A stretch of 64,000 nt of DNA. It comes from an uncultured Lachnospiraceae bacterium (GTDB lineage Bacteria > Bacillota > Clostridia > Oscillospirales > CAG-272). The position numbers and the translations under genes are program-made. Positions 38,843 to 48,398 of the stretch are shown here, piece after piece (within the stretch, counting starts at the first letter, position 1; every line of letters starts with the position of its first letter). The notes beneath the pieces were generated by a model. That model ran no database searches, had not been told where the DNA came from, and saw only the letters and a list, made by a program, of their open reading frames with translations. The DNA is taken from positions 1,172 to 65,171 of the forward strand of contig CAZFTE010000001.1 of assembly GCA_964521785.1 (NCBI GenBank), given 5' to 3'.

Positions 38843-39217
38843 TTAAAGTTCCGCAATAACTTCAACTTCGCAAAGAACGTTTTTGGGAAGCGTTTTTACA
38901 GCAACGCAAGAACGCGCGGGTTTGGATACGAAATATTTGCCGTAAACAGCATTGAATGCGGCGAAATCGCCCATGTCTGCGAGAAAACAAGTCGTTTTAA
39001 CGACATTTTCAAAGGAAGCACCTGCTTCGGCAAGAAGAGCGCCGAGGTTCTTGCACACCTGTTCTGTCTGTTCTTCGATAGTTGTCGCTTCAACATTACC
39101 CGTTGCGGAGTTGATGGCGATCTGACCGGATGTGAAGAGGATATTTCCCGTTATAACACCCTGGGAGTAGGGACCGATAGCATCGGGAGCGTTTTTTGTA
39201 TAGATGATCTTTGCCAT
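38843..39217 (-). CDS. ridA: RidA enamine/imine deaminase
   Basis: APDAIGPYSQ, SGQI, VVKTTCFL, PARSCV.V..LP...EVE. Confidence 0.93.
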   Translation of the reverse strand: MAKIIYTKNAPDAIGPYSQGVITGNILFTSGQIAINSATGNVEATTIEEQTEQVCKNLGALLAEAGASFENVVKTTCFLADMGDFAAFNAVYGKYFVSKPARSCVAVKTLPKNVLCEVEVIAEL

Positions 39218-39249
39218 GATATGACCTCCGAAATTTTTATATTATATAA

Positions 39250-40449
39250 TTAGTGAACGAGTTTAAATCCGTTTGCAAAAAGCGCGGAACGTATCTCTTC
39301 GATATGTTCAAAGCTCTTTGTTTCCATGCCTATTCTCAAGAAGCAACCGTTTACAGCCTGTGCATCGCCGTGTTCGTGATGAACGGAAACAACGTTACCG
39401 CCGTGCTGTGCGATGATGTGCGATACCGCTTCGAGCTGTCCGGGCTTATCGATAAGCTCGATAACGATAGAGCAAGCTCTGCCGCTCTTATGAAGACCGC
39501 GATCTATAACGCGAGAAAGGATAGTAACGTCTATATTACCGCCGGAAACGAGGCATACGACTTTCTTGCCGCTAACGGGGATCTTGCCGAATTTGACAGC
39601 CGCAACGGAAACGGCGCCGGCGCCCTCTGCCGTAAGCTTCTGATTTTCGATGAGGTGAAGTATAGCTGCGGAGATCTCATCTTCCGAAACCGTAACTATC
39701 TCATCAACATATTTTTTGCAATATTCGAATGTATTTGCACCGGGGCATTTTACCGCGATACCGTCCGCGAATGTGGAAACGGAAGGAAGCGCGTCCGCTT
39801 TGCCCGTATGAACGGCGTTGAACATAGAGGGAGCGCCCTCTGCCTGTACACCGTATATTTTTATGGAAGGCTTCAATGTTTTGAGTGCGTATGCAACGCC
39901 CGAGATAAGACCGCCGCCGCCTACGGGAACTACTACCGCATCAACATCGGGAAGTTCGTTCATTATCTCAAGACCGATAGTACCCTGACCCGCGATAACA
40001 TCGTCATCATCGAAAGGATGGATAAAAGTATAGCCTTTTTCGTCTCTCTGGCGGATAGCTTCCGCATAAGCGTCGTCATAAACACCGTCAACAAGGCATA
40101 CTTCTGCGCCGTAACGTCTCGTTGCCTCTACTTTGGATATAGGTGCGGAAGACGGCAAGCAAATGACCGATCTTATGCCCTGCTTCGTTGCCGCCAACGC
40201 AACGCCCTGCGCGTGGTTGCCTGCGGAGCAAGCGATAACGCCGTGGGATTTTTCTTCTTCTGTGAGCTGAGATATCTTATATGCGGAGCCGCGAACTTTA
40301 AAAGAACCCGTGAGCTGAAGATTTTCGGGTTTCAAATACACCTCGCATCCGCAATCTGCGCCGAGTCTGGGCACTTCGATGAGCTGAGTATGGCGAACTA
40401 CATTTTCCAATACTCTTGCCGCATCATAAATCTTATCGATAGTCAACAT
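39250..40449 (-). CDS. ilvA: Threonine ammonia-lyase with a single ACT domain
   Basis: KPENLQLTGSFKVRG, SAGNHAQG, HPFDD, GGGGL, SGGNID; GGAGG before ATG 40449. Confidence 0.92.
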   Translation of the reverse strand: MLTIDKIYDAARVLENVVRHTQLIEVPRLGADCGCEVYLKPENLQLTGSFKVRGSAYKISQLTEEEKSHGVIACSAGNHAQGVALAATKQGIRSVICLPSSAPISKVEATRRYGAEVCLVDGVYDDAYAEAIRQRDEKGYTFIHPFDDDDVIAGQGTIGLEIMNELPDVDAVVVPVGGGGLISGVAYALKTLKPSIKIYGVQAEGAPSMFNAVHTGKADALPSVSTFADGIAVKCPGANTFEYCKKYVDEIVTVSEDEISAAILHLIENQKLTAEGAGAVSVAAVKFGKIPVSGKKVVCLVSGGNIDVTILSRVIDRGLHKSGRACSIVIELIDKPGQLEAVSHIIAQHGGNVVSVHHEHGDAQAVNGCFLRIGMETKSFEHIEEIRSALFANGFKLVH

Positions 40450-40468
40450 ATATAACCTCCGTAAAAAT

Positions 40469-40708
40469 AAAAACCGCCTCTGTAACGAGGCGGATATAGA
40501 TTCCGTTGTACCACTCAATCATTTAGATAAATACCGCATACGATCATATGCGTTCCTTGTAACGCGGGACAGCGTGAGCGCTTACTTGCAAAAAATATCC
40601 GCTTTAGGGCTCCTGCTCGGGAATGATCTTTCTCGCACCGCTTCTTACGGCTCTCACCGACCGCCGCTTCTCTTTGCGAAGTATCTGCACGATATTGTTT
40701 CCGTCATA
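40469..40708 (-). promoter_or_regulatory. T-box riboswitch, Ile (AUC) specifier
   Basis: AGAGA and GGTGAGA motifs, specifier ATC (40627-40625), AGTA/GCGTTA, T-box variant GAGTGGTACAACGG, terminator CCGCCTC/GAGGCGG-U5. Confidence 0.85.
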
Positions 40709-40731
40709 GCATTTGACATATTACTAATTGA

Positions 40732-40760
40732 ATTATAAATTTTTATAACGAAAAAGTCAA
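40732..40760 (-). promoter_or_regulatory. Sigma-A promoter
   Basis: TTGACT-17-TATAAT. Confidence 0.8.
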
Positions 40761-40776
40761 TAGATTTTTCGATATT

Positions 40777-41580
40777 TTACGAAAATGTAACATCCAAAAG
40801 CATCATTACCGCAAAACCAACCAAGGTGAAGAGAGCCATAACGTCTTTCTTCTCTCCCGATTGACTTTCGGGGATAAGCTCTTTTGATACGACGTATATC
40901 ATCGCGCCTGCGGCAAACGAGAGGCAAAACGGAAGCATCGTTTTTACATGAGTTACGAGCAATGCGCCGCAAACGCCCGCTATCGGTTCTACCGCGCCGC
41001 TTATCTGCCCCCAAAAGAACGCGCGGGAGCGAGAAAATCCCTCTCTCCTCAGCGGAACGCTGACAGCCGCACCCTCGGGGAAATTTTGTATACCTATTCC
41101 GAGCGCCAATACGCAAGCGGAAACGAGTGTCGCTCCTTTTGCGCCGTAAGCGAGCGAGCCGAACGCAACTCCAACGCAAAGACCCTCGGGAATATTATGG
41201 AGCGTTATTGAAAAAACGAGCAACGAAGCGCGTTTTTTGTCGATATCATCGGAATCTTCGGGCATTTTCGCTTTTACGAAGTCAAATATCCTGTCTCCCG
41301 CAAACAGCAACACACCGCCGCAGAAAAAACCCAATATCAACACCGCATCGGAAGAAAATCCAAGCTCGTGCGCCATTTCATTCGCAGGAAGCAAAAGCGA
41401 CCAAAACGATGCCGCTATCATCACGCCCGAGGAAAATCCGAGCGTCGCATCCATCACATCTTTATGCACAGCTCTGAAAAAGATAACGACGGACGCGCCA
41501 AGCACCGTAACGCCCCACGTAAAAAGAGTAGCCAAAAGCGCTTGCTGATAATGTGCAAGCGAAGAAAACCATTCTATCAT
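40777..41580 (-). CDS. ZIP family metal transporter (GufA-like)
   Basis: GVMIAASFWSLL, ITLHNIPEG, QNFPEG, VEP, AAGAMIYVV..ELIPE. Confidence 0.92.
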   Translation of the reverse strand: MIEWFSSLAHYQQALLATLFTWGVTVLGASVVIFFRAVHKDVMDATLGFSSGVMIAASFWSLLLPANEMAHELGFSSDAVLILGFFCGGVLLFAGDRIFDFVKAKMPEDSDDIDKKRASLLVFSITLHNIPEGLCVGVAFGSLAYGAKGATLVSACVLALGIGIQNFPEGAAVSVPLRREGFSRSRAFFWGQISGAVEPIAGVCGALLVTHVKTMLPFCLSFAAGAMIYVVSKELIPESQSGEKKDVMALFTLVGFAVMMLLDVTFS

Positions 41581-41675
41581 AACTACCTCGTGAGCAAAAT
41601 AATATACTTCCAATAATATCGTATGCCAAAAGGCGCTTTTAAGTGCACCGCTTTTCTGTTCAATATCATAAAAGA

Positions 41676-41711
41676 CAGACCCCAAAGGAGCTTTATATCC
41701 TTTGGGGTCTG
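41676..41711 (-). terminator. Intrinsic terminator
   Basis: CAGACCCCAAAGGA/TCCTTTGGGGTCTG followed by TCTTTT on the minus strand. Confidence 0.75.
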
Positions 41712-41745
41712 CATCTTATTTATTTTATAACGATTTCAGATGATA

Positions 41746-42318
41746 TTATTCCACAACGGGAAGCGTCTTTACTTTCTCATAGAAAGCCGCTGTCGTTGCA
41801 TTTACATAAGGTCCTACATAGAGAAGGAGCAAGCCGAATGTAAACGCACTGAGTATGTACCAACCTATGAAAGAGAGCTGAAGCACAAAATATTCCCATT
41901 TATGACCGTTCATCATGGCTTTACTTGCGTTGATAGCTTCGGAAGCGCTCATCTCGGGGTTATCGTTAAGGATATAGCAAGTCATTGAATAAGAGCAAGC
42001 TTTAACTATACCGGGAATGATGAACAAAAGAGACCAAAGAGCCGTGAATATCTGAACGAGCAAATATGCAAGGAAGTTCGTAACGAAATTACTGCATCCG
42101 CTGAAGAGAGTTTCGAATCTTGCCTGTTTCGTTCTGATAAAGCTCAAGTTTACGGCACAATAACCTACGACCAAAAATCCAAGGAAAATAGAGCCTATCG
42201 CAGTGGCACTGAGAGCATATGAGATTACCATATAAATGAGGAAAGCGCCGATAGCTATTCCCCAATTATTTTTAAGAGAATCCTTTGCCAAAGATTTGAG
42301 TTCTTGTCGATTGATCAT
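41746..42318 (-). CDS. DUF975 family membrane protein
   Basis: R.ELK..AK..LK.NW, LWSLLFIIPGIVK..SYSM, S...M.GHKW, LSFIGW, PY......FY. Confidence 0.88.
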   Translation of the reverse strand: MINRQELKSLAKDSLKNNWGIAIGAFLIYMVISYALSATAIGSIFLGFLVVGYCAVNLSFIRTKQARFETLFSGCSNFVTNFLAYLLVQIFTALWSLLFIIPGIVKACSYSMTCYILNDNPEMSASEAINASKAMMNGHKWEYFVLQLSFIGWYILSAFTFGLLLLYVGPYVNATTAAFYEKVKTLPVVE

Positions 42319-42352
42319 GTTTGATACCTCCAAAGTTATTTTTGATACTTTC

Positions 42353-42381
42353 AGTATACTATGATGCAAAAATAAAGTCAA
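42353..42381 (-). promoter_or_regulatory. Sigma-A promoter
   Basis: TTGACT-17-TATACT. Confidence 0.65.
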
Positions 42382-42580
42382 TGATTTTTTTGTTCATCGC
42401 GTTTATTTTGGCTGATATCGTTCGGAATATCGCTGTTTTTGTTGAAATATCACAAATATCGAGAGAAATTTCCCACACACGGATATGCCTTTTTAACTAA
42501 AAAATCTATTGATTATTTCAAATTTTTATGGTACAATATTGCCAACGAAAAAAGATTTTTCGTTTTGAAAGGTTTTCACT

Positions 42581-43273
42581 ATGGATTATAACAAAAATAT
42601 CAAGTATCTCAAAAGTAACGATAAAGCGTTCTATACAGGCGTTGTCGTTATGGCTGTCGGCGTATTGCTCATCGCGTTGACTTTGCTGTTCCATCTTTGG
42701 TTCTTCCCGATGCAAAGCACGGTGTCATTATTGTTGATAGCGATAGGCGCGGGAATCGCTTTTATACCGCGTTCCATGCGTTCCAACAGCGGCGATCTTG
42801 ATAATGCCATAGCGCAGATAACAGATAAATTTGCTGAAAAGACAGCCGAAAGCACAGGACTCAGCGGCTTGCTCATAAAAAATATCCAGTCGTTCGAAAC
42901 GGGCGCATATACTTTTGACGATAACGCTCTTGCGCGTCGCGCAAAAGGCGACCGTAAGGTCCGCACATCTGTTTACACGGCTTCGGCAATGCTCTTTACA
43001 AAGACGGGCATATATGTCGCTCAGAAAAAGATAAGTCTTATCGAAGATAAGATAACCGAAAGCAACGCCGAATTTCTTTATGATGATATAGACAAGATCT
43101 TCACTTTCGCAGACGACGTAACTTTGGCGGACGGAAGCAGATCCAGATTTTCCTATATAGTTATAAGTGAAAACGGCAAGGAAGCCATACGCATCCCGAC
43201 ATCAAATGGTTCTGCCGCAGACAAGCTCTGCGATGATGTGATGCATATGATAGAGCTTTCAAAAAAATCTTGA
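42581..43273 (+). CDS. Hypothetical membrane protein
   Basis: GAAAGG RBS; two N-terminal TM helices and a soluble beta-rich C-terminal domain; has its own terminator. Confidence 0.8.
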   Translation: MDYNKNIKYLKSNDKAFYTGVVVMAVGVLLIALTLLFHLWFFPMQSTVSLLLIAIGAGIAFIPRSMRSNSGDLDNAIAQITDKFAEKTAESTGLSGLLIKNIQSFETGAYTFDDNALARRAKGDRKVRTSVYTASAMLFTKTGIYVAQKKISLIEDKITESNAEFLYDDIDKIFTFADDVTLADGSRSRFSYIVISENGKEAIRIPTSNGSAADKLCDDVMHMIELSKKS

Positions 43274-43306
43274 ACCTACCAAAATCTCCTTATAAATTTT
43301 ACTCCT

Positions 43307-43350
43307 AAAATAGGAACGCGGTCGTAATCAAACGACCGCGTTTCTATTTT
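43307..43350. terminator. Bidirectional terminator
   Basis: AAAATAGGAACGCGGTCGT/ACGACCGCGTTTCTATTTT. Confidence 0.85.
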
Positions 43351-43360
43351 TTATCACATT

Positions 43361-44776
43361 TTATTTGAGAACTTCATATTTTACAAGAGTGGTGTTGCCA
43401 GAACGACCGTTTGTCTGACCGCCCGTGATAACGATAACATCGCCCTTGCCTGCCATACCCGATTCTTTTGCCATTCTGGTTGCGTTATAGAAAAGAACGT
43501 CCGTGGACTGATATTCTTCGGTAAGCATGGGAAGTACCGCCCAAGAGAGCGCAAGTTTGCGCCATGCTCTTTCATCTGTCGTAAGACCGATGATCGGTGT
43601 GGGAGAACGGAAACGAGATACCATTCGAGCCGTTCTGCCGCTGAGAGAGCAAGCAACTATAAGCTTTGCATCAAGATCTATCGCAAGGTCGCAAGTAGCG
43701 TGAGAGATAGCGTCCGTTGCGCTGGATATCTTAAATTCCGCGGAGCGGAAGCGGCGAACATAGTTGATGTCCTTTTCCGTCTGCTCTGCTATCTTAGCCA
43801 TCGCGCGAACAGCTTCTACGGGGTATATACCCGCCGCTGTCTCACCTGAAAGCATTACGGCGCTCGTTCCGTCATATACTGCGTTTGCAACGTCGGAGAT
43901 CTCCGCACGTGTGGGACGCGGCTTTGTTATCATGGATTCGAGCATTTCCGTTGCGGTGATAACTCTCTTGCCTTTAAGACGGCATACGGTTATCATGTGT
44001 TTCTGAATAGCGGGGAGCTGTTCAAAGGGTATCTCTACGCCCATATCGCCGCGAGCTACCATGATACCGTCGCTGACATCTATGATATCTTCGATATTAT
44101 CAACACCCGAACGGTTCTCTATCTTTGCGATAAGGTCGATATGTTCGCCGCCGTTATCCTTGAGGAACTGACGGATCTTGAGAATATCTTCTTTTGTGGA
44201 AACAAAGGAACAAGCAATAAAGTCGATGTCGTTTTCAATACCGAAGAGGATGTCTTCTTTATCTCTTTCGCTGAGATATTCCTGTTTAAGCGTTTTTCCC
44301 GGGAAGCTCATGCTCTTTCTGTCCGAAAGATCGCCGCCGATAACGACCTGGGTCTTTATCTCCTTGGGAGTCGTTTCGGTTACCTTGAACTCGAGCAAGC
44401 CGTTGTTGAGAAGTATCGGATCTCCGACGAACATCTCGCGCGGAAGATTTTTGTAGGAAACGGAAACGTGTTTTTCGTCGCCGACGCAATCTTCAACGGT
44501 GAAAGTGAAATCATCGCCCTCGGAAAGCGTTATCTTGCCGTTTTCGAAAGTACCTATGCGGTATTCGGGACCCTTTGTGTCGAGCATAAGGGCTATCGGC
44601 TGACCAAGCCTTTCACGAACGCGCTTTACCATATCCACTCTTCTCTTGTGTTCGGCATGATCGCCGTGAGAAAAGTTAAGTCTGGCAACGTTCATGCCGG
44701 CTTTTATCATTTTTTCGAGAGTCTCCTCGTTTTCGCAAGCGGGACCCATTGTGCATATAATTTTGGTTTTTTTCAT
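43361..44776 (-). CDS. pyk: Pyruvate kinase
   Basis: KTKIICTMGPA, ARLNFSHG, DTKGPE, MVARGDMGVE, MLSGETA. Confidence 0.96.
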   Translation of the reverse strand: MKKTKIICTMGPACENEETLEKMIKAGMNVARLNFSHGDHAEHKRRVDMVKRVRERLGQPIALMLDTKGPEYRIGTFENGKITLSEGDDFTFTVEDCVGDEKHVSVSYKNLPREMFVGDPILLNNGLLEFKVTETTPKEIKTQVVIGGDLSDRKSMSFPGKTLKQEYLSERDKEDILFGIENDIDFIACSFVSTKEDILKIRQFLKDNGGEHIDLIAKIENRSGVDNIEDIIDVSDGIMVARGDMGVEIPFEQLPAIQKHMITVCRLKGKRVITATEMLESMITKPRPTRAEISDVANAVYDGTSAVMLSGETAAGIYPVEAVRAMAKIAEQTEKDINYVRRFRSAEFKISSATDAISHATCDLAIDLDAKLIVACSLSGRTARMVSRFRSPTPIIGLTTDERAWRKLALSWAVLPMLTEEYQSTDVLFYNATRMAKESGMAGKGDVIVITGGQTNGRSGNTTLVKYEVLK

Positions 44777-44903
44777 ATCCTTCATCTCCGAACATAAAAT
44801 TTTTTCCAATATACATTTTACCACCAAACCGTCAAGGAAGCAATAGCCTATTTGCATTAAAATAATATTCTACACTTCAAATAAAATGTTTAATCGATTT
44901 CAC

Positions 44904-44931
44904 TTGACAATTTGACAAATTCATGTATAAT
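44904..44931 (+). promoter_or_regulatory. Sigma-A promoter
   Basis: TTGACA-16-TATAAT, with a second TTGACA 8 bp downstream of the first. Confidence 0.65.
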
Positions 44932-44992
44932 TGTAATAACCGACATGCATTTTTGTTTTGCTCGGAATTTATATTTATGGAGGATCTTTATC

Positions 44993-45388
44993 ATGACAAA
45001 GAAGATCACAAGAGTTGTTGCCTTGGCGCTCGTTATCGCGCTCGCCTGCCTCACGCTCGCTTCTTGCGGCAAGACGCTTTCCGGCACATACACAGCCGGC
45101 GGTTCTGTTTTGGGTACAGGCGCTACCACGACTTACAAGTTCAGCGGCAGCAAAGTAACTCTCACAGTTGAAGGCTCTCTTCTCGGTATGTCCAACTCCG
45201 AAAAATTCGAAGGTACATACAAGATCACAGAATCCGATGACGGTTCTATGAAGATCAGCTTTGATTTCGGTAATGAAGACGCTAAGGAATATTCCACTTC
45301 CTTCAACTTCAAGGAAGACAAGGATGCAGGCACGATCACTATCGGTCTCATCACTTACACAAAGAAACAATCCTTTAGTCCAAAATAA
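44993..45388 (+). CDS. Small lipoprotein of unknown function
   Basis: GGAGG RBS, LASC lipobox, beta-strand pattern, strong codon bias. Confidence 0.85.
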   Translation: MTKKITRVVALALVIALACLTLASCGKTLSGTYTAGGSVLGTGATTTYKFSGSKVTLTVEGSLLGMSNSEKFEGTYKITESDDGSMKISFDFGNEDAKEYSTSFNFKEDKDAGTITIGLITYTKKQSFSPK

Positions 45389-45420
45389 AGAGGCGTATCT
45401 TGCGATACGCCTCTTTATTT
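45383..45420. terminator. Bidirectional terminator
   Basis: AAATAAAGAGGCGTATC-TTGC-GATACGCCTCTTTATTT. Confidence 0.9.
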
Positions 45421-45444
45421 TTTATATTTTTCTGCTTTTTTAAC

Positions 45445-46287
45445 TCAGATCTCCATAGTGATGTGGAAAACGAACGTCTTTTTCGGTGCAAGAGCGATGA
45501 TACCGTCTTTTTTGGTGATATCCGTTTCGAAAATACACTCATCGGAACCATGCCACGGCTCTATACAGATAAATTTCGCGCCCGGTTTAGCCCAAAGCCA
45601 AAGATGAGGAATCTTTCCGAATGTCATTTTGAGATATATTTTTCCGTCGCGAACAAGGCTCACGCCATCGGAACTTATTGCGGGGAAACAGAGCGAACCA
45701 TCGTTGAAGAAATCCTCTGTGATAGTCAATTCGCGAGAGTTGTTCATCAAAATGGGCAAAGCATTGTCGTTGGGACGGTCTGCCTCGTTAAAGTAAAGTG
45801 CCGTAATGTTTTCATCATCGTTAAATATTATTTTATCGCCATGCTCGCAATTAAAACCAGGGTGAGCGCCTATCGAAAAATACATATCTTCGTTTCCGCA
45901 GTTTTCTATCTCATATGAAAAATGAAGTTTTCTTCCTTCTAATTCATATTTTGCGCGGAAAGCAAAGTCAAAGGGATAGTTTGCTTTTATTTTTTCATCG
46001 GGGCGCATTACAAGCACTAAGCTGTTTTCCGTTTTCTCCTCTATGCAAAATTCGCTGTCCCTTAAAAAGCCGTGTTTTGACATAGAGTAACGTTTTCCAT
46101 TATAATCATATCCGTCTGTTTGCATTTTGCCGACCGCGGGGAAAAGTATCGGTGCCGTTCTGCCCCATATATCGGGGTCAGCCTGCCAAAGATATTCTTT
46201 GCCGTTTTCGATATCGAAAAGGCTTCTCATCTGTGCGCCATGCTCGTCAACGGCAAGGCGCAATATGCAATTATCTATCGTTATCAT
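45445..46287 (-). CDS. Aldose 1-epimerase family protein (LacX-like)
   Basis: EYLWQAD..WG..APILFP.VG, HGFLRD, YPFDF, GAHPGF, FICIEPW.G. Confidence 0.9.
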   Translation of the reverse strand: MITIDNCILRLAVDEHGAQMRSLFDIENGKEYLWQADPDIWGRTAPILFPAVGKMQTDGYDYNGKRYSMSKHGFLRDSEFCIEEKTENSLVLVMRPDEKIKANYPFDFAFRAKYELEGRKLHFSYEIENCGNEDMYFSIGAHPGFNCEHGDKIIFNDDENITALYFNEADRPNDNALPILMNNSRELTITEDFFNDGSLCFPAISSDGVSLVRDGKIYLKMTFGKIPHLWLWAKPGAKFICIEPWHGSDECIFETDITKKDGIIALAPKKTFVFHITMEI

Positions 46288-46400
46288 GTATATATCACTC
46301 CTTTTTATGAATATATTATCATAAAACGCATTTATTTTCAAGTAATATTCACTGTAAACGGCAGTTTTACGAATTTTTTTCGCATTTTTATAAAAAAGTC

Positions 46401-46429
46401 TTGACTTTTTATGCACGTGGGTCTATACT
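46401..46429 (+). promoter_or_regulatory. Sigma-A promoter of the ilv-leu operon
   Basis: TTGACT-17-TATACT. Confidence 0.75.
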
Positions 46430-46480
46430 AAGTTGTAACAAAACAATTAACTTTATTTTTTTCAAACGGGAGAAATAACG

Positions 46481-46588
46481 ATGGGTTACACATTTGTGAT
46501 CAACTTCATAATTATTAGCGCTATTGCCCTAACTGTTGATGCAGTTAAAGATAGCGTTAAAAGTCATGTCATGGCACAAAAGGTGTAA
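46481..46588 (+). CDS. Ile/Val/Leu-rich leader peptide MGYTFVINFIIISAIALTVDAVKDSVKSHVMAQKV
   Basis: GGGAG RBS; 8 of codons 6-19 are I/V/L; lies upstream of a terminator and ilvB. Confidence 0.75.
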   Translation: MGYTFVINFIIISAIALTVDAVKDSVKSHVMAQKV

Positions 46589-46658
46589 ACATAGATTTTA
46601 CGGATGAGATTTTCAAATTAAGACGCTTTCCGTAAATATAGATTTTTACGATCTTCTC

Positions 46659-46696
46659 GCCTATGGTTAGCTTTTAACCATAGGCTTTTATTTTTT
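46659..46696 (+). terminator. Attenuator terminator before ilvB
   Basis: GCCTATGGTTA/TAACCATAGGC followed by TTTTATTTTTT. Confidence 0.85.
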
Positions 46697-46722
46697 CCGA
46701 ATACCATCATCAGGAGGCACTA

Positions 46723-48384
46723 ATGAAACTCGCAGGTTCAGATATACTCGTTGAGACCTTGATCGAGCAGGGAACGGACGTTGTTTTCGGTTATCCGGGC
46801 GGTCAGGTACTCAATATATACGACTCTCTCTACCTCAAATCTGACAGAATAAAACATATCATCACGGCTCACGAACAAGGCGCAGCTCATGCGGCAGACG
46901 GCTACGCGAGAACGACGGGTAAAGTCGGCGTAGTTATCGCAACATCCGGCCCCGGAGCAACGAACCTTGTTACAGGTCTTGCTAACGCTATGTTGGACTC
47001 CGTTCCCATGGTAGCCATTACGGGTAACGTTCCCTGCAACCTTCTCGGACGCGACAGCTTCCAGGAAGTAGACATCGTAGGCGTAACGATCCCGATCACG
47101 AAGCACAACTTCATGGTTACAAAGACAGAAGAACTTGCGGACATCATCAGAGAAGCCTTCCGTATCGCCAAATCCGGCAGACCCGGCCCCGTGCTTGTCG
47201 ATATCCCCAAGGATATCCAGATAAGCTTCGCCGATTATGAACCTCAGCCGATAGTAGAGCCTTTCGCTCTCCCCACGGCAAGCGAAAGCGACATCGACAA
47301 AGCTGTCGCAATGATAAATGAGAGCAAAAAGCCTTACATATATGTCGGCGGCGGCGCTATCTCCGCAAATGCGGAAGCGGACATTCCCGCTCTCGCAGAT
47401 AAGATAGACGCTTTTGTCGGTTGCAGTATCATGGGTATCACAGCGGTTCCCGATTCCAACCCCAGAAAGCTCGGTATGACAGGTATGCACGGCAACGCCG
47501 CAGCGTCCATGGCTAAAAACTCCGCCGATCTCGTTATCACGCTCGGCGCACGTTTTTCCGACAGAGCAACAGGTAATGTTTCTAAATTCTGCAAAGGCGC
47601 TAAGATAATCCATATCGATGTTGACTCTGCTGAGATAGGCAAGAACGTTCAGGTCGATCTCGGTATCCACGGCGACGTAAAAGACACCATCGCAAGGATC
47701 CTTGCAAAGGTATCCCCCGCAAAGCACGACGCTTGGCACGACGAAGTAGAAGGTCTTAAAAAATTCGCGGCAGAAAACGCCGCAGAGCAGATCGGCTCCA
47801 TGACACCTTACGATGTCATAACAACAGTAAACTCCTACCTCCCCTCCGATACTCCCGTCGCAACAGACGTTGGTCAGCATCAGATGTGGACGGCACAGAA
47901 ATACAGATTCGAGAACCCCCGCACGTTCCTCACGAGCGGCGGCTTGGGAACGATGGGCTTCGGCATGGGCGCCGCTATCGGCGGTTGCGTTGCTTCGGGC
48001 AAGAGAACAGTCCTCTTCACGGGCGACGGAAGCTTCGGCATGAACCTCAACGAAATGGCAACAGCTGTTTCTCAAAATCTTCCTATTATTATAGTTATAC
48101 TCAATAACGGTGTTCTCGGCATGGTGCGTCAGTGGCAGAAAGCGTTCTACAACGAACATTACTCCCAAACGACGCTCGACCGCAAAACAGATTTCCCCGC
48201 TTTGGCACGCGCATTCGGCGCAGATGGCTTCTCCGCCGCAAATACGGACGAGCTTAATGCGGCAATGAAAGCCGCTATGGCAATAAACGGTCCCGTTCTT
48301 ATCGACTGCGCCATAGACATGGACGAACGCGTTCTTCCCATGATTCCTCCCGGCGGCGCTATCGAAAACATGATACTTTCTTAA
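46723..48384 (+). CDS. ilvB: Acetolactate synthase large subunit
   Basis: FGYPGG, HEQGAAHAADGYAR, TSGPGATN, DVGQHQMW, GDGSFGM..NN..LGMVRQWQ. Confidence 0.96.
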   Translation: MKLAGSDILVETLIEQGTDVVFGYPGGQVLNIYDSLYLKSDRIKHIITAHEQGAAHAADGYARTTGKVGVVIATSGPGATNLVTGLANAMLDSVPMVAITGNVPCNLLGRDSFQEVDIVGVTIPITKHNFMVTKTEELADIIREAFRIAKSGRPGPVLVDIPKDIQISFADYEPQPIVEPFALPTASESDIDKAVAMINESKKPYIYVGGGAISANAEADIPALADKIDAFVGCSIMGITAVPDSNPRKLGMTGMHGNAAASMAKNSADLVITLGARFSDRATGNVSKFCKGAKIIHIDVDSAEIGKNVQVDLGIHGDVKDTIARILAKVSPAKHDAWHDEVEGLKKFAAENAAEQIGSMTPYDVITTVNSYLPSDTPVATDVGQHQMWTAQKYRFENPRTFLTSGGLGTMGFGMGAAIGGCVASGKRTVLFTGDGSFGMNLNEMATAVSQNLPIIIVILNNGVLGMVRQWQKAFYNEHYSQTTLDRKTDFPALARAFGADGFSAANTDELNAAMKAAMAINGPVLIDCAIDMDERVLPMIPPGGAIENMILS

Positions 48385-48398
48385 GGAGTACTAAAACA

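Noticed and set aside
42414-42461. Four ATATC repeats in the divergent intergenic region
   Set aside because: Irregular spacing, and ATATC is very frequent throughout this sequence.
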